From: Takakia lepidozioides
Lineage: Eukaryota > Plantae > Bryophyta
NCBI GenBank assembly: GCA_030704615.1
Contig: CM060733.1
Span: forward strand, 38,316,001 to 38,380,000
DNA length: 64,000 nucleotides
Reading direction: 5' to 3'
In this document: positions 53,919 through 64,000 of the stretch, piece by piece
How the letters are laid out: each line of letters begins with the position of its first letter
How positions within the stretch are numbered: position 1 is the first letter of the stretch
Made by a program: the position numbers and the translations under genes
Notes under the pieces: model-generated
Told to the model about the DNA's origin: nothing
What the model saw: only the letters and a program-made list of their open reading frames with translations
The model's database searches: none

Positions 53919-54540
53919 GTACTCATAAAACATTTGTTGTGGGTTGTGGCCATAGCCCCGCGTCCAGTTTGGACCGAACAAGGGGGAACATACAGTAGCG
54001 ATGATTGCAGGATATGCACAACAAGGGGCGGGATGGAGGCTTCGGAGACCTATGAGCAAGGGGTGAAGCCCGACCGCATAATGTTTGTTTGCATTTGCAA
54101 TGCGTGTGCAAGCCTGGCAGCTCTGGAAAAGTGCAAAGTGGTCCATGGTGACATCGTCACATCTGGAATTGTACCCAATGTCATTTTGAACACTGCCCTG
54201 CTGGACATGTATGTCAAATGTGAGTGCATCGAGGATGCAAAGGGAGTTTTCGACAGTATGGCTGAAGGAGATGTGGTGTCGTGGAGGGCGATGATTGCAG
54301 AATATGCACAACAAGGGCGCGGGATGGAGGCGTTGGAGACCTATGAGCAATTGATGTGCGAAGGGGTGAAGCCCAACCGCATAACGTTTGTGTGCATTTG
54401 CAATGCGTGTGCAAGCCTGGCAGCTTGGGAAAGGTGCAATGAGGTCCACGCATGTGACATCTTCAAAGCTGGATTTGTACCATATGTCATCCTGAACATT
54501 GCCCTGCTGGGCATGTATGTCAAATGTGAGTGCATCGACT
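53919..54540 (+). pseudogene. PLS-class PPR gene fragment with tandemly repeated motifs
   Basis: GVKPDRIMFVCICNACASLAALE..VH..NTALLDMYVKC..A..VFDSM..DVVSW.AMI..YAQ.G.G.EAL repeated twice; truncated at both ends. Confidence 0.85.
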
Positions 54541-55006
54541 CTCAAATGAGATTGGTTAGGGTAAGTAGAGTATCTCTTACGTGTGTCTTTGTATACACAG
54601 TTTCAGTTTACCACGGGAGTGGTATAAGTATGCCAGTGATCTCTGGTGTTGGGGGACAGCTGATTACCCGATTGAGTGCTTGTAAACAGTTCTGGATGCA
54701 TGCCAACTGGAGTCATAAAGTGTCATTCTGACTGCAAAATCGACAATGTATCTCATTGCGTAGAGTGCTTCTTAATACAGAGGAACCAACTAGTTAACAA
54801 GTTGTCACTAGTCACTTCTTCCTAGGGTCCTTGCATAGAGGGCTCATGTCATTCCATTCTTGAGTAATGTTAGAGATCACTAATGTTCCACCAAATAAAC
54901 TATGGAGAGGAAACGGTGCTGCGTCAGAGACTTCCGCATAAACCAAAGTGATATTTTACTTGCAACAAAGCTTTCTACTAACCTATGGGAGATGGGTTGC
55001 TTGCAG

Positions 55007-55372
55007 TACGTTCGTTTGGGACAGAGGGCCACAAGAAGGACGGCCCCAGATCCCTACCAGTGTCAAGGTCTATGACTACATCATTTTCCGAGGATCTGAC
55101 ATCAAGGTGGATATCAAACTTCCAGACATTCTGCCATGTGGGATAAGTTTAACAGATGGTGTGCTTACATATGCATCGTGCAACTGTGTTGAGATCAGTA
55201 AGGGCGTAATTATAAATTACTCTAGCCCTTCTTTAGCAATGGAAGGTCCAAGTGATTCATGAAACTTACCAACTTGACGGTGATAATGGGTACTGTTTGT
55301 TATCTGATGTGAGCAGCATTTGCAAGTGAAGTTGTCACCACCACTGCAACCGCCACCACCACCACAGCTGGC
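55007..55372 (+). pseudogene. DCP5: DCP5/LSM14 gene fragment (two exons, frameshifted)
   Basis: Exon 55007-55106 gives RSFGTEGHKKDG[fs]PQIPTSVKVYDYIIFRGSDIK; exon from 55317 gives LQVKLSPPLQPPPPPQ. Confidence 0.8.
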
Positions 55373-57091
55373 TTCCTTTGCTTTTCCTTTACAGTCATTT
55401 ACAATAGTCTGTTCATTTCGCTGCCCATTGCTTTCCTGGTTTCATGTGTTAATGCCAGCTCTCTGCTGTGAGGGCTGCTGCTGGGAAGGCTGAGATGTAT
55501 ACACTCATGGACTACTCTTTGTTTGATGCCCGTGGGGAGTTGTGCATCATCATGATGGCAATAATATGACAGGGCAAATATGAGAGGGCAAACATTCATT
55601 GCCATATTTTTATGTCCTTGAAGTTGACAACAATTTTTCTGACTTCTCACCTGCAAATATCTCCAACAAAGGATAATGGAAACTGAACAACAATTCAACT
55701 GGAGTTACGTAGCTTTCCTGTTGGTTCTATTGCTTTAGACTGCCATCTCCAGATACAAGGGATGGACAAGCTCACTCCAGAACATGAACTCCACTGCACA
55801 TTAGTGCTCAATACCATATGGCAATCAGGGTAAGAAACAATTACAGCATGGTTGTGAGGCATGAGTCTTGCATATGAATTTGGGTGGGAAAAATGCTCAC
55901 TGGAATGTCAACAACCTTTGTCTACTTTCTGGCTTGGTCTGGATTGTAATGAGGCCAGCAAGTTGTGGGGGTCATTTATTCTACAACAAAGCCAGACAGA
56001 GTGTCATTAGAGGCACTTGAAATCCTTACCACCAATGCCTCCAACATCTCTTTCTGAATGAAACTTGTGAGTCCTGTGTCTTGTTTCTTCCACATGGTTG
56101 CTAGAGGCAAATGCTCAGGGTCCTAGCTTTTAAGGAAAAAGGCTTGGTTGAAAAATAAATCACATAAATACTGCTCATATTGTGCAAACATACCTGCGTG
56201 AGTGCGAAGAACCCAAAGAATTACAAATTGATCACATAAAAACCAGCGGTAAGACAACCAAAAGAGCTTCAAGTGCTTCAAGGTCCTGGAAGAACGCACA
56301 CAGTATTAACATTCACATCCTTGAATGAGACAAGATCTCTGCTCAATTTCTGCAATGCTTACCCAAAAGAGGTGTCCCGCAACACCTTTCATTCTTTGCT
56401 GCCCACTCCAAACTTCGATGTTGATTGCCCAGCTCCTTCCACGGAGCTCCTTCCTTCAGACATGCTCGGTTCTCATCGTAGCAACCGCCGCGATTAGTTC
56501 CCAGAAAAGTTCCCATGGTAGAATGAAACATGTGGATGAAGTTTTATGGCATCCCGTTACGTGCTGGCCGGTGCGGCCATTGCGGAGGACGCGCCTCATG
56601 CACGTGGTCTGCCCTCTACCCTCCCCTCTACCTCTAGATTCTTCCGATAGTAACTTGGTACGGGTCTGTACTGCCCTGTGCGGCCAGGCCCTTAATCTGT
56701 TATTCCTCTCGAGCTGGTAGACATTTACTGCAGCTGCTTTGATAGCATCCTATGCAAAATTGAGAGGCACTAACCACAAATATCAATTTCTAATATTGGA
56801 ATTCATTTTATGCATTGCCCGCACAGTTTCTGAAGTGTGGTACAGATTCTTGAAATTGACAATCGAAGTTAGGACAGAACATTTTATCCATATTTATAGA
56901 TGATGCATGTTTGAGAAGACAGGTTCAGGGCTTCATCCAGCGCGCAACTTTCTATACAAAGGTGCAAACTGGATCGGTACAGATCCCTCGACTTCACTTG
57001 CTCGCATTAGAAAGTGGATGCCGACATCATGAAGTCAATCACAGTTGATATGTAGTTAGCTGTGGTCACTAAACAACATCTGTGGGAAGGA

Positions 57092-57174
57092 AAGGCTGTC
57101 AGTTGGTGATGCATGTAAGTGTTCTTCACCATTGGTTTCAGAACAGGTCTATGTATATATCATCATCCAGCCTT
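57092..57174 (-). ncRNA. Box C/D snoRNA, U33/snR55-like (18S Um1269 equivalent) with a D' guide for the Gm1428 equivalent (U25/snR56)
   Basis: 7-bp terminal stem, C box ATGATGA, D and D' CTGA; guides complementary to 18S UGGUGGUGCAUG and AACAGGUCUGUG (one G-U each); the +5 rule gives the known sites. Confidence 0.88.
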
Positions 57175-57198
57175 ACCTTCCATGCAACCCTAGATGTC

Positions 57199-57299
57199 TC
57201 AGATACTCAGGACTGACAAAAACTTCCATTCACAAAACTTGTTCCTCAAACAGCACAAAGATCTAACGCAAGAGGCAATATTGTCATCCAGGTATCTGA
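57199..57299 (-). ncRNA. Putative orphan box C/D snoRNA
   Basis: 8-bp terminal stem TCAGATAC/GTATCTGA, C-like box TGGATGA, D box CTGA; no target recognised. Confidence 0.6.
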
Positions 57300-57382
57300 A
57301 TGCAGCTTCAGTCGAAAGATGGTGATAATTTCACATCAGGGTTTCAGTAGTTTTCGGATTTTCTCTTCATCATAAGCTGCAT
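57300..57382 (-). ncRNA. Box C/D snoRNA U51/snR39-59-like (25S Am807 equivalent)
   Basis: Terminal stem ATGCAGCT/AGCTGCAT, C box ATGATGA, D box CTGA; 13-nt guide to 25S CGAAAGAUGGUGA. Confidence 0.92.
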
Positions 57383-57422
57383 GCATAACCCAACGATCCA
57401 ATATGACGGCATTTTGGTAAGA

Positions 57423-57515
57423 GGGATCAGACTGACGTGCAAATCTAACGCAAATCCACAGAGGCGTATACAGAGCACAGGCCTTCGGATACAGCGAGAT
57501 GTATCGTCACTTCCC
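57423..57515 (-). ncRNA. Box C/D snoRNA snR72/snoR72Y-like (25S Am876 equivalent)
   Basis: Stem GGGA/TCCC, C box GTGACGA, D box CTGA; 14-nt guide to 25S CUGACGUGCAAAUC. Confidence 0.88.
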
Positions 57516-57594
57516 AATAAAACAGAACAAACGTCAGACAAGTCTCACAAAGAGGTAGCCATCAAGGAGATACCAGCTTCATTACTGATATAGA

Positions 57595-57681
57595 TGGAAT
57601 CAGACGAATGTAAGTCAATCCTCATGGTGCACCAAGGTGCACGCGTAGGACTGGGGCGACAATCTTCCTCATCACATTCCA
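57595..57681 (-). ncRNA. Box C/D snoRNA U31/snR67-like (25S P-loop Gm2619 equivalent)
   Basis: Stem TGGAA/TTCCA, C box GTGATGA, D box CTGA; D' (CCTA) guide GTCGCCCCAG pairs with CUGGGGCGGC, and +5 falls on the second G. Confidence 0.88.
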
Positions 57682-57730
57682 ATGACCACACAACACATAA
57701 AAAAGAAGGAATAGAAGGTGTATGGAGAGA

Positions 57731-57849
57731 AGGCCTCAGTAGAAGTTTATGCGTCACAGAAATGCAGGGGCACGCTGAGGAGGTTCTCCCTGCCAAGCAG
57801 GGTCTCAGCACCACCTACAACTGCGCTCGAGAGTTTCCATCCTCGGCCT
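57731..57849 (-). ncRNA. Possible degenerate or orphan box C/D snoRNA
   Basis: Stem AGGCC/GGCCT, non-canonical C-like box AGGATGG, internal and terminal CTGA; lies within the cluster. Confidence 0.4.
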
Positions 57850-58381
57850 CAAGTTTGGCATTGACCACTACTCTACGTCACAAACAACAAATGACAGCAC
57901 CTCAACCTTTCCAGACTAGCGGGGAAAACCTGATAGAGGAAGATCGGAACGCTCAGAAGATAGACGACATCAAGGTTCTAGAAACTTGCATCCACCAGAA
58001 ATGAATTGACAAAGCGAACTTGAGACAGAAAAACTGCAAGCGCAGACGCTTTCAAGAGAAAATGTAGTCAGGTAGAAAGTAATGGAATGGGAACCAAGAA
58101 CCCAACCCATGTCGCAAATCCGGGCCGATTGCTGTGGGCCTTCCTAACGAGGCGATCGGTCATTGCAGCACAAGGCACGCTCACATCACCAGATACCACG
58201 AGGCCATAACACCACGGTCAAAACTCAAAACTCAAAACACAAAACAAAACAGCTCTCCCTATCGAGCTAAGCACAAACTCCGACAGCCCACAACCATCCC
58301 GAAAGACTACAACATCTCAAGAGCCCGACCCCTTACCAAAATGCCCGTATGCGAAAGAGAAGTAGTGTGGAGCTGCCACAG

Positions 58382-58450
58382 TATATATAGTCGCCACCAT
58401 AGCCGTGCGTATCAAGCAAACCCTAAAATGAGAACGAGGAGTTAGGGTTT
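58382..58450 (-). promoter_or_regulatory. TATA box plus two opposed telo-boxes (ribosome-biogenesis-type promoter)
   Basis: TATATATA at 58382-58389, AAACCCTAA at 58418-58426 and TTAGGGTTT at 58442-58450. Confidence 0.75.
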
Positions 58451-59170
58451 CATGGGATGCAATATCTGTCATCTGTACATAATCCATCCGATGGCCTTTT
58501 TCGTTCCTTCCCAGTATCCTTCATAACAATTGATAGAGTATATCTAGACACAGAGTTTCCAGATCTCTTGTCACATACTGCAAGAGAGTAGAAGTGCGGT
58601 GTGCGTGATTGATTAAATTTGAGCTGTCTTGAGAATCACACACAAGAGAGGCAGATCACAAGATGTAGACCTGATCATGTTTGAGATCTGTTGAGAGGGA
58701 GATTGCACTATGTAAAACCGAGTCTCTTTGGGAATCATACATTGCAATAGGGGAAGCAGTATATCTCTTTCCCTCACCTAAAACGGCATGGCTTCCTCTG
58801 CAAATTGGAGTACTCATCGATTGTGGATGGCCAGGATCAAGTCATATGGAGAGGAACAATTTACAAACCAAAAAGGTTAGAATCAATCAACATCATTGAG
58901 CCGCAGTTCAAAGGGCCTCCATCACAGTAGCACGTCACACACTGTCACGACAGGGAGAGTGCAGATATACTAAAGACTGTTTTCTCCATGTACAGTGGGG
59001 AGACAAGAAAGACAGGTATTCACACTCTGCAACTAATCAATGTTGTGGGCTTATCAGCAACACCTACAACAGATTGTCTTTGATTTCCTCCCACATGTAT
59101 GGATCGTCTTCCCAGGAGTAGATGGGAAGAGCATGGAAGGCACCCTTTTGTCTGCAGAGATGGCGTTTGA

Positions 59171-62100
59171 TTATGAGAGTGAGGGCTCCTTGTCATTGTC
59201 CACCTCATTGTCCTTCATGTACTTTTCTTGCACTGCTGCTGACGTGCCAAACTGCATCATCAAGGCAAACACGATAAAACACAAGGACTTGAAAGACGTA
59301 TTTTTAGGTCCAGGACACCTCCAAACTACACACTTCGGTATATGAGGGCAATGCATACAAACGTTCAATTACACCAATCAACTGGTTGATTGCATGCGCC
59401 AATAGGGCGTCCACGACCTAATCTTGGTGCCGTGTTTGCATAAAGACACGTGACTGACATGTGGAACAGCCCAAATTCTTGGATATCCAATGGCAGACTT
59501 CTCAAGAGCAGATAGAGGTCAAGCTCCATAAGCTCCATGCCCTGCTGCTCCAAAGCGAAGAAGCTGAAGCCGAGCATAAATCTACTCTGCATTTTTCCAC
59601 TCTTTAAGAAACAATTATAGCTAAATGACTATCCAAAGGTCCTCCCCACCTTGGACACTAAGTTCAAAACTTGGAAAAGGCTGTCTACCTCTCCAGAGTA
59701 CATTAGAAAAGAAAAGCCACATGTACGATCTGAGGGAATGATGGTGGATGGCGGACATTCTGATGCTTTGTAATGGGTAAGATTGCCTCTTTGCAAGCAT
59801 CAAACAGACCGTCACTACATCTCCTTCAATCAGTTAGAGAAGCTTGAGACAAATCCAGATGCTCCCTCCTTGGGTCTGAATTCCGGGAGCAATACTCTAG
59901 TAAATCTGGAAGGTCAGAACCAAAACGTGAGTCACTACTGCAGCAAACATTCTGCAACTAGACTGGGCTCCCCTATGCTCCTTCCTGCGCACTCCATCCA
60001 AACAGGGAATGGGGTCTATCGCCATAATGAGATGGTAAGCAATATCTCTTGTATACATCTCTCCTTCTCTCTCTCTACCGCACGTCTGTCCTGTCCTCTC
60101 TCCTGTCCCATAAGCTCTTTGAGCTTCCCATAGACATTATGCTCCTTTTGTTTTTTAATTTCTGTCTCTCTCTCAGACAGGCCATTTACACTGCCCCACT
60201 TTCTGATGGATAGTGCCAATGTGTGCAAAGTAGAGGACTCACAATCGCTGATTGGCAACCCAGTGGCAATTTAGGCTGCATCTACTATTTGTAGACACAA
60301 ATGGCTGAGAAGGCTTGAGACCTGCAAGGACTGTCTAAGGGAATGGTCCATGAGTACACTCACACACACAGCCTCAACACTGAGGGAAAGAGGGAAAGAA
60401 ATAAAGGATATCTGTAATAATCCCAACTTAAAGGACCAGCTGCAATCTTGTTAAACTCGTTGATATTTCCCTCAATCCCAGCAAAGACATAGCCATTGCT
60501 TTTGTCAATCAGCTTCACAATATCCATCACGCTTTCTTTGTCCTGTTGTCAACTCAACACCCCAAAACTCAATATACCAGCACCCAACAACTTGTCGATG
60601 GGCTCATTCAGACTGGTGCATACAATGCCTAGGCTGGGACGAGGTACAAGTGTGCTGGATTTAGATGTCTGCGAAAAGAGTTCTGAGGTTTGGGGATTTG
60701 AGGACAGACCAGGATGAGTGTTGTGAATTATTTGTCTAACCCGACTGGATTCTGGCTGAGTAGACTCTCCTTTTTGGGCTTGTACTGTTTGCAAGACTGG
60801 CATTCCAGTTCTGACAGACAGGCAGCCTGAGTTGACTCTTAGCCTACCAGGGGTGCGCCCCACTCTCCCGAAGAGGCTTTCCATCTAAGTCTCTATTAAC
60901 AATCGAAGCAATACCTCACTCACAGCTAATGACAACCACATTGTGAATTTAATGCTCGTTGTAGAAAGGGAGAAGGAGCGGCGGGCCACAAGTTTTGTAT
61001 TTGACCAAATCATCGGAGAAACAGAACACATACCCTGAATCATATAGATACCTGAATATTTAATGTCGTAAAGTTGACAAGACTGTAGTCTTCTATGACC
61101 TCACACAAATTCGTGGTCAACTTTCTGCCACAACCACCCCTCAAAGAGATAGAGGTGAATTCTGGTGTTACACTTAACAAACTGAACAAAAAATAACCAG
61201 AGTCTCCTAAAGGGCAGAACAGTATCTGAAAAATGTTTTAGAATCTGGACCATGACAGGAGGATGCAGAAAGCTACCTATATCTGGCAGAGCGTGGATCT
61301 TGATCCAAAAAGTCCTGTAGGTACGAAAGGTCTTGTACATCTGTGTAAAAGTCCAGGTTGAAAGCTTGAACACAGAGAGACACCACCAACAGTTCAGCAA
61401 ATCAACTTGATTAACAATCGATGATCTGCAAACGCTGTATGTTAAGTATGTGAAAAAAAATCTCAATTTCATGAGACACCTATTCAATTCACTGTTTCCT
61501 CATATTGACTCTTAAAAAGAGAGGAAACAGATTCTTGGAGTGAATCCTGAGGGCCAGCAGCCTCCAGCTTCTACTCACACTTGTCCCAGGCACTCACATC
61601 ATATCTTCTGTTTACACTGACATATTAAACTCAATTGGGTGCTTCTGGCCAAAACGCTAGTAATTTGCAACCTCTCTGTTTGCAGGCGGCCCCAAACTGA
61701 TGCAATGAGTTGAGAGATTACCAAGTTTGCCATAGCTTTGAATGAGGTCAATTTTGGAAAGAACATTTATGTGGGGAAGCTCTAAGTGAAGCATGGCCGA
61801 CAATGACATCAGCAGTGCTGACACATACTTGCCAGGATCACTGCACAAATGTGCGTCAACCAGATGCACCGCTGTAAGCTGCAAAAGTCCAAATCTTTCT
61901 AAGATCTTTACATTATCATCAACAAAGGACAAAAGTCAAAATTTTCACATGGGGTATCTTTCCCTGCCATAGGTGTCTCTATAGTTGTGACACTGTACGC
62001 TCCCAATGAACTTGATTGACTAGACTATGCTTGCCCAGGCCTGTGTCCTTACATCAGCAGGCAGGGAAGAATCACACACCTGAGTTTCTGAACTCATATC

Positions 62101-64000
62101 TGAAAGGTGGAAGATAAAAGAGGAATACCTGGTATTCCCATTTATTAGCCATTTCGAGGATCACACTTTTTGCATTTGAGTGTAGTGTGAAGAGTTCCAC
62201 CTGCCCTGGAAAGTCAAACAGCAAATAGTGATCTGGCCCAAACAGTCACACTGCATACATGATTAGTCACCTGCCTAGGACACAAAATTCTTGACATGGG
62301 TATGGCCAATCAGGTTTCAAAGCTCTGCTGATAGAGATTCTTGATATGTGTAGGCTGACAAACCCATAAAAGAGAGTGAGAGAATAGTCAAGCATGTGTA
62401 GTCCAGTAATAAATGGAGTTTGTGAGCATTGAAGGTTTGAAGGACTGTTTATAATGATTGGCACAGGAAATTAACTTTTTCATTCCATGCCAAAACTCTG
62501 GACTGGAGCATCGTGAATGGCAGCACAATCCGACATGCACAGAATCCTGTTCACATTGTGTATGAGTTATAGCTGCACACAATTATGTTTGCCGTACTAT
62601 CCAATTATGTTTCTGCCTCCCATGGAAGACCTTCGTCCATACAAGTGAAATACTATCTACAGCTCCAGATGCCGCTACCTATACTATAGTCATGCAACCA
62701 TTGCATGGTAGTATCAGTACGTATACAACTAACTGTGCAAACGAAACTGTAATATGTCTGCATCCACACACCTTTGACAAGGGGTTGAAGCTTGGCCTGC
62801 AGCCAGTCAATGTTCTTTTCCAGATAGTCCATGCAAAACACTAGCCCTGTATGCACAGAGCCACCCATCAGTTTCACGTCCCTAAACAATCAAGATCATA
62901 GTGCTGACAAGCAGCAACAACAACAACACCAGTAATCTTGTGAAAATCATGCAGGACTAGGGGTCTGAATCTGCAGAGGCCATCTATGTGTGCTTCCCAG
63001 CAGCCACCACTTCATATGGGCCCTACCAAGCTCTGTGTGGAGAGACACATATTCCTCTGTCATCTTGTGCCGAAGTGATACACTTTGTTTGGTGTTTCTA
63101 GCGGATGGCCTGTCTCGATCTGCGAGTGCGCATGTAGTGCACGTTCAAGTTGCACATATATTTCTTGCCAGCCCTAAAATAATGAGTTTTTTGTACCCCA
63201 ACTTTCAGTTCAAGAAAATTCTTCTGTGCTGGGAGTTCCGCATGTCCCACTTTGATCCAATAGATTTGGGAGATTGAGAAGAAAATTTACTGCTACAGTT
63301 GCTTGAAATGAAACAAACAATCAAAATGTTGCCTGGGCTGACTTTCCCAGGCTCCAAAGGTCCAGTCAAAGCTCTAGCAACTGTTCTTAACACAGGCAGC
63401 ATAGCCGAAAATGAAACTGAACGCTGTCAAATGCATGGCTGAGTGAAGGCCCAAAAGTTGGAAAATGTATCCGCAGTCCTGAGGGAGAGAAGTACCTCCA
63501 TTAGGACCAAGCCCATGCTCAGCCATTACATCGTCCAGCTTGATAAGCTCTTCAATGTTGACTGCACACTCATACCTATGCACCAGGTTAAGGGCTCCTT
63601 GGTAGACTTTCTGTCCTCTCTTCCTGTTTGTATTACAAAACTCAAATGTAACTCCATTTTCTTTCTTGCACAGAACACGAAGTCCTTACAGAGCCCAGCA
63701 GCCCCAGCTGGTCATCACAGCACTTCCCAGGAGGAGAGACAGAGAGAGAGGATACGGAAGATGGTCATTGGCTGGGTCCAAATTCACAACCGCAGTCTTC
63801 CTGCCAGACCAAATTCCCATGCACAATCAGCCCTTTTTAGGTCTTGGCCCTCCACCCTGTTCAGAGATGTTGAAGATACACAAGTAAGGCCAGCTTCCAG
63901 AGGAGCATACAAGAGGCGAAGGATACAGACCTGCCAATTAGCTGAAGGAACTGTGACATCCCATTGCAGTAGGTGGTTTTCCCAGAGCCTGGTGGACCAA
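59171..64000 (-). CDS. GPN2: GPN-loop GTPase 2 (QQT1); start codon lies just beyond the right edge
   Basis: [42 protein letters not shown] and [11 protein letters not shown]. Exons 63931-64000, 63756-63800, 63496-63575, 62772-62846, 62129-62232, 61722-61878, 61277-61364, 61052-61124, 60412-60542, 59171-59243. Confidence 0.95.
59244..60411 (-). other. U12-type AT-AC intron of GPN2
   Basis: Donor ATATCCTTT, branch CCTTGAT ~15 nt upstream of the AC acceptor; reading frame preserved (YYR/SAAVQEK). Confidence 0.9.
63576..63755 (-). other. U12-type GT-AG intron of GPN2
   Basis: Donor GTATCCTC, branch CCTTAAC ~11 nt from the 3' end, no polypyrimidine tract. Confidence 0.8.

Larger units (their letters stand above)
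56363..58362 (-). ncRNA. Non-coding snoRNA host gene; the 3' end extends further and is undefined
   Basis: TATA and telo-boxes upstream; pyrimidine-rich start CTTCTCTTTC; short ATG-less exon 1 with donor G|GTAAGG near 58336; acceptor TTTGCATAG| near 56750; exon 2 begins with short ATG-initiated ORFs and no recognisable protein. Confidence 0.6.

Noticed and set aside
56456-56749. ~98-codon open frame in exon 2 of the snoRNA host
   Set aside because: No ATG at its start, out-of-frame upstream ATGs and no recognisable motifs.
56934-57045. Two adjacent hairpins suggesting an H/ACA snoRNA
   Set aside because: No ANANNA hinge or terminal ACA on the transcribed (minus) strand.
57905-57985. Possible additional C/D snoRNA with a 10-nt match to 25S AGCGGGGAAA
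   Set aside because: C (TTGATGT) and D (CTGG) boxes are both non-canonical and the guide is mismatched near the box; at best a degenerate copy.
58418-58450. Telomeric motifs as telomerase RNA template or interstitial telomere
   Set aside because: Single telo-boxes upstream of a TATA box are the ordinary promoter arrangement; no USE element recognised.
5342-64000. Functional clustering of polymerase-related genes (TFIIIC subunit, NRPD2 fragment, GPN2)
   Set aside because: They are separated by tens of kb of TEs and one is a fragment; no evidence beyond coincidence.
1-64000. Numerous short antisense or overlapping ORFs in the ORF track
   Set aside because: They are shadows of real exons or TEs, or intronic chance ORFs without motifs.

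Overview
This is eukaryotic, intron-rich land-plant DNA, probably from a seed-free lineage with flagellated sperm (inferred from an IFT dynein-2 fragment and a Tcn1-like chromovirus). Host genes sit at both ends. On the left are argininosuccinate lyase (-, runs off the left edge), a TFIIIC 90-kDa/delta subunit gene (+, 17 exons, two GC-AG introns) and an F-box/kelch gene (-). On the right is GPN2/QQT1 (-, runs off the right edge, two U12-type introns including one AT-AC). Between ~19 and ~55.5 kb lies a nested TE and gene-fragment block. It holds a self-priming Ty3/Gypsy chromovirus, RLE- and APE-type LINE remnants and CACTA remnants. It also holds a decayed ~1,470-codon P-superfamily-like transposase with a non-autonomous relative carrying 14-bp TIRs and an exact 8-bp TSD, and a ParB/Srx-like pseudogene beside palindromic repeats. 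Stranded fragments of dynein-2 heavy chain, NRPD2/E2, PPR and DCP5 genes occur in the same block. At 56.4-58.45 kb a non-coding, telo-box/TATA-driven host gene carries an intronic box C/D snoRNA cluster (U31-, snR72-, U51- and U33/U25-like plus orphans), with a 14-nt intronic element complementary to the host's own first 5' splice site. All homology calls come from motif recognition, not database searches.
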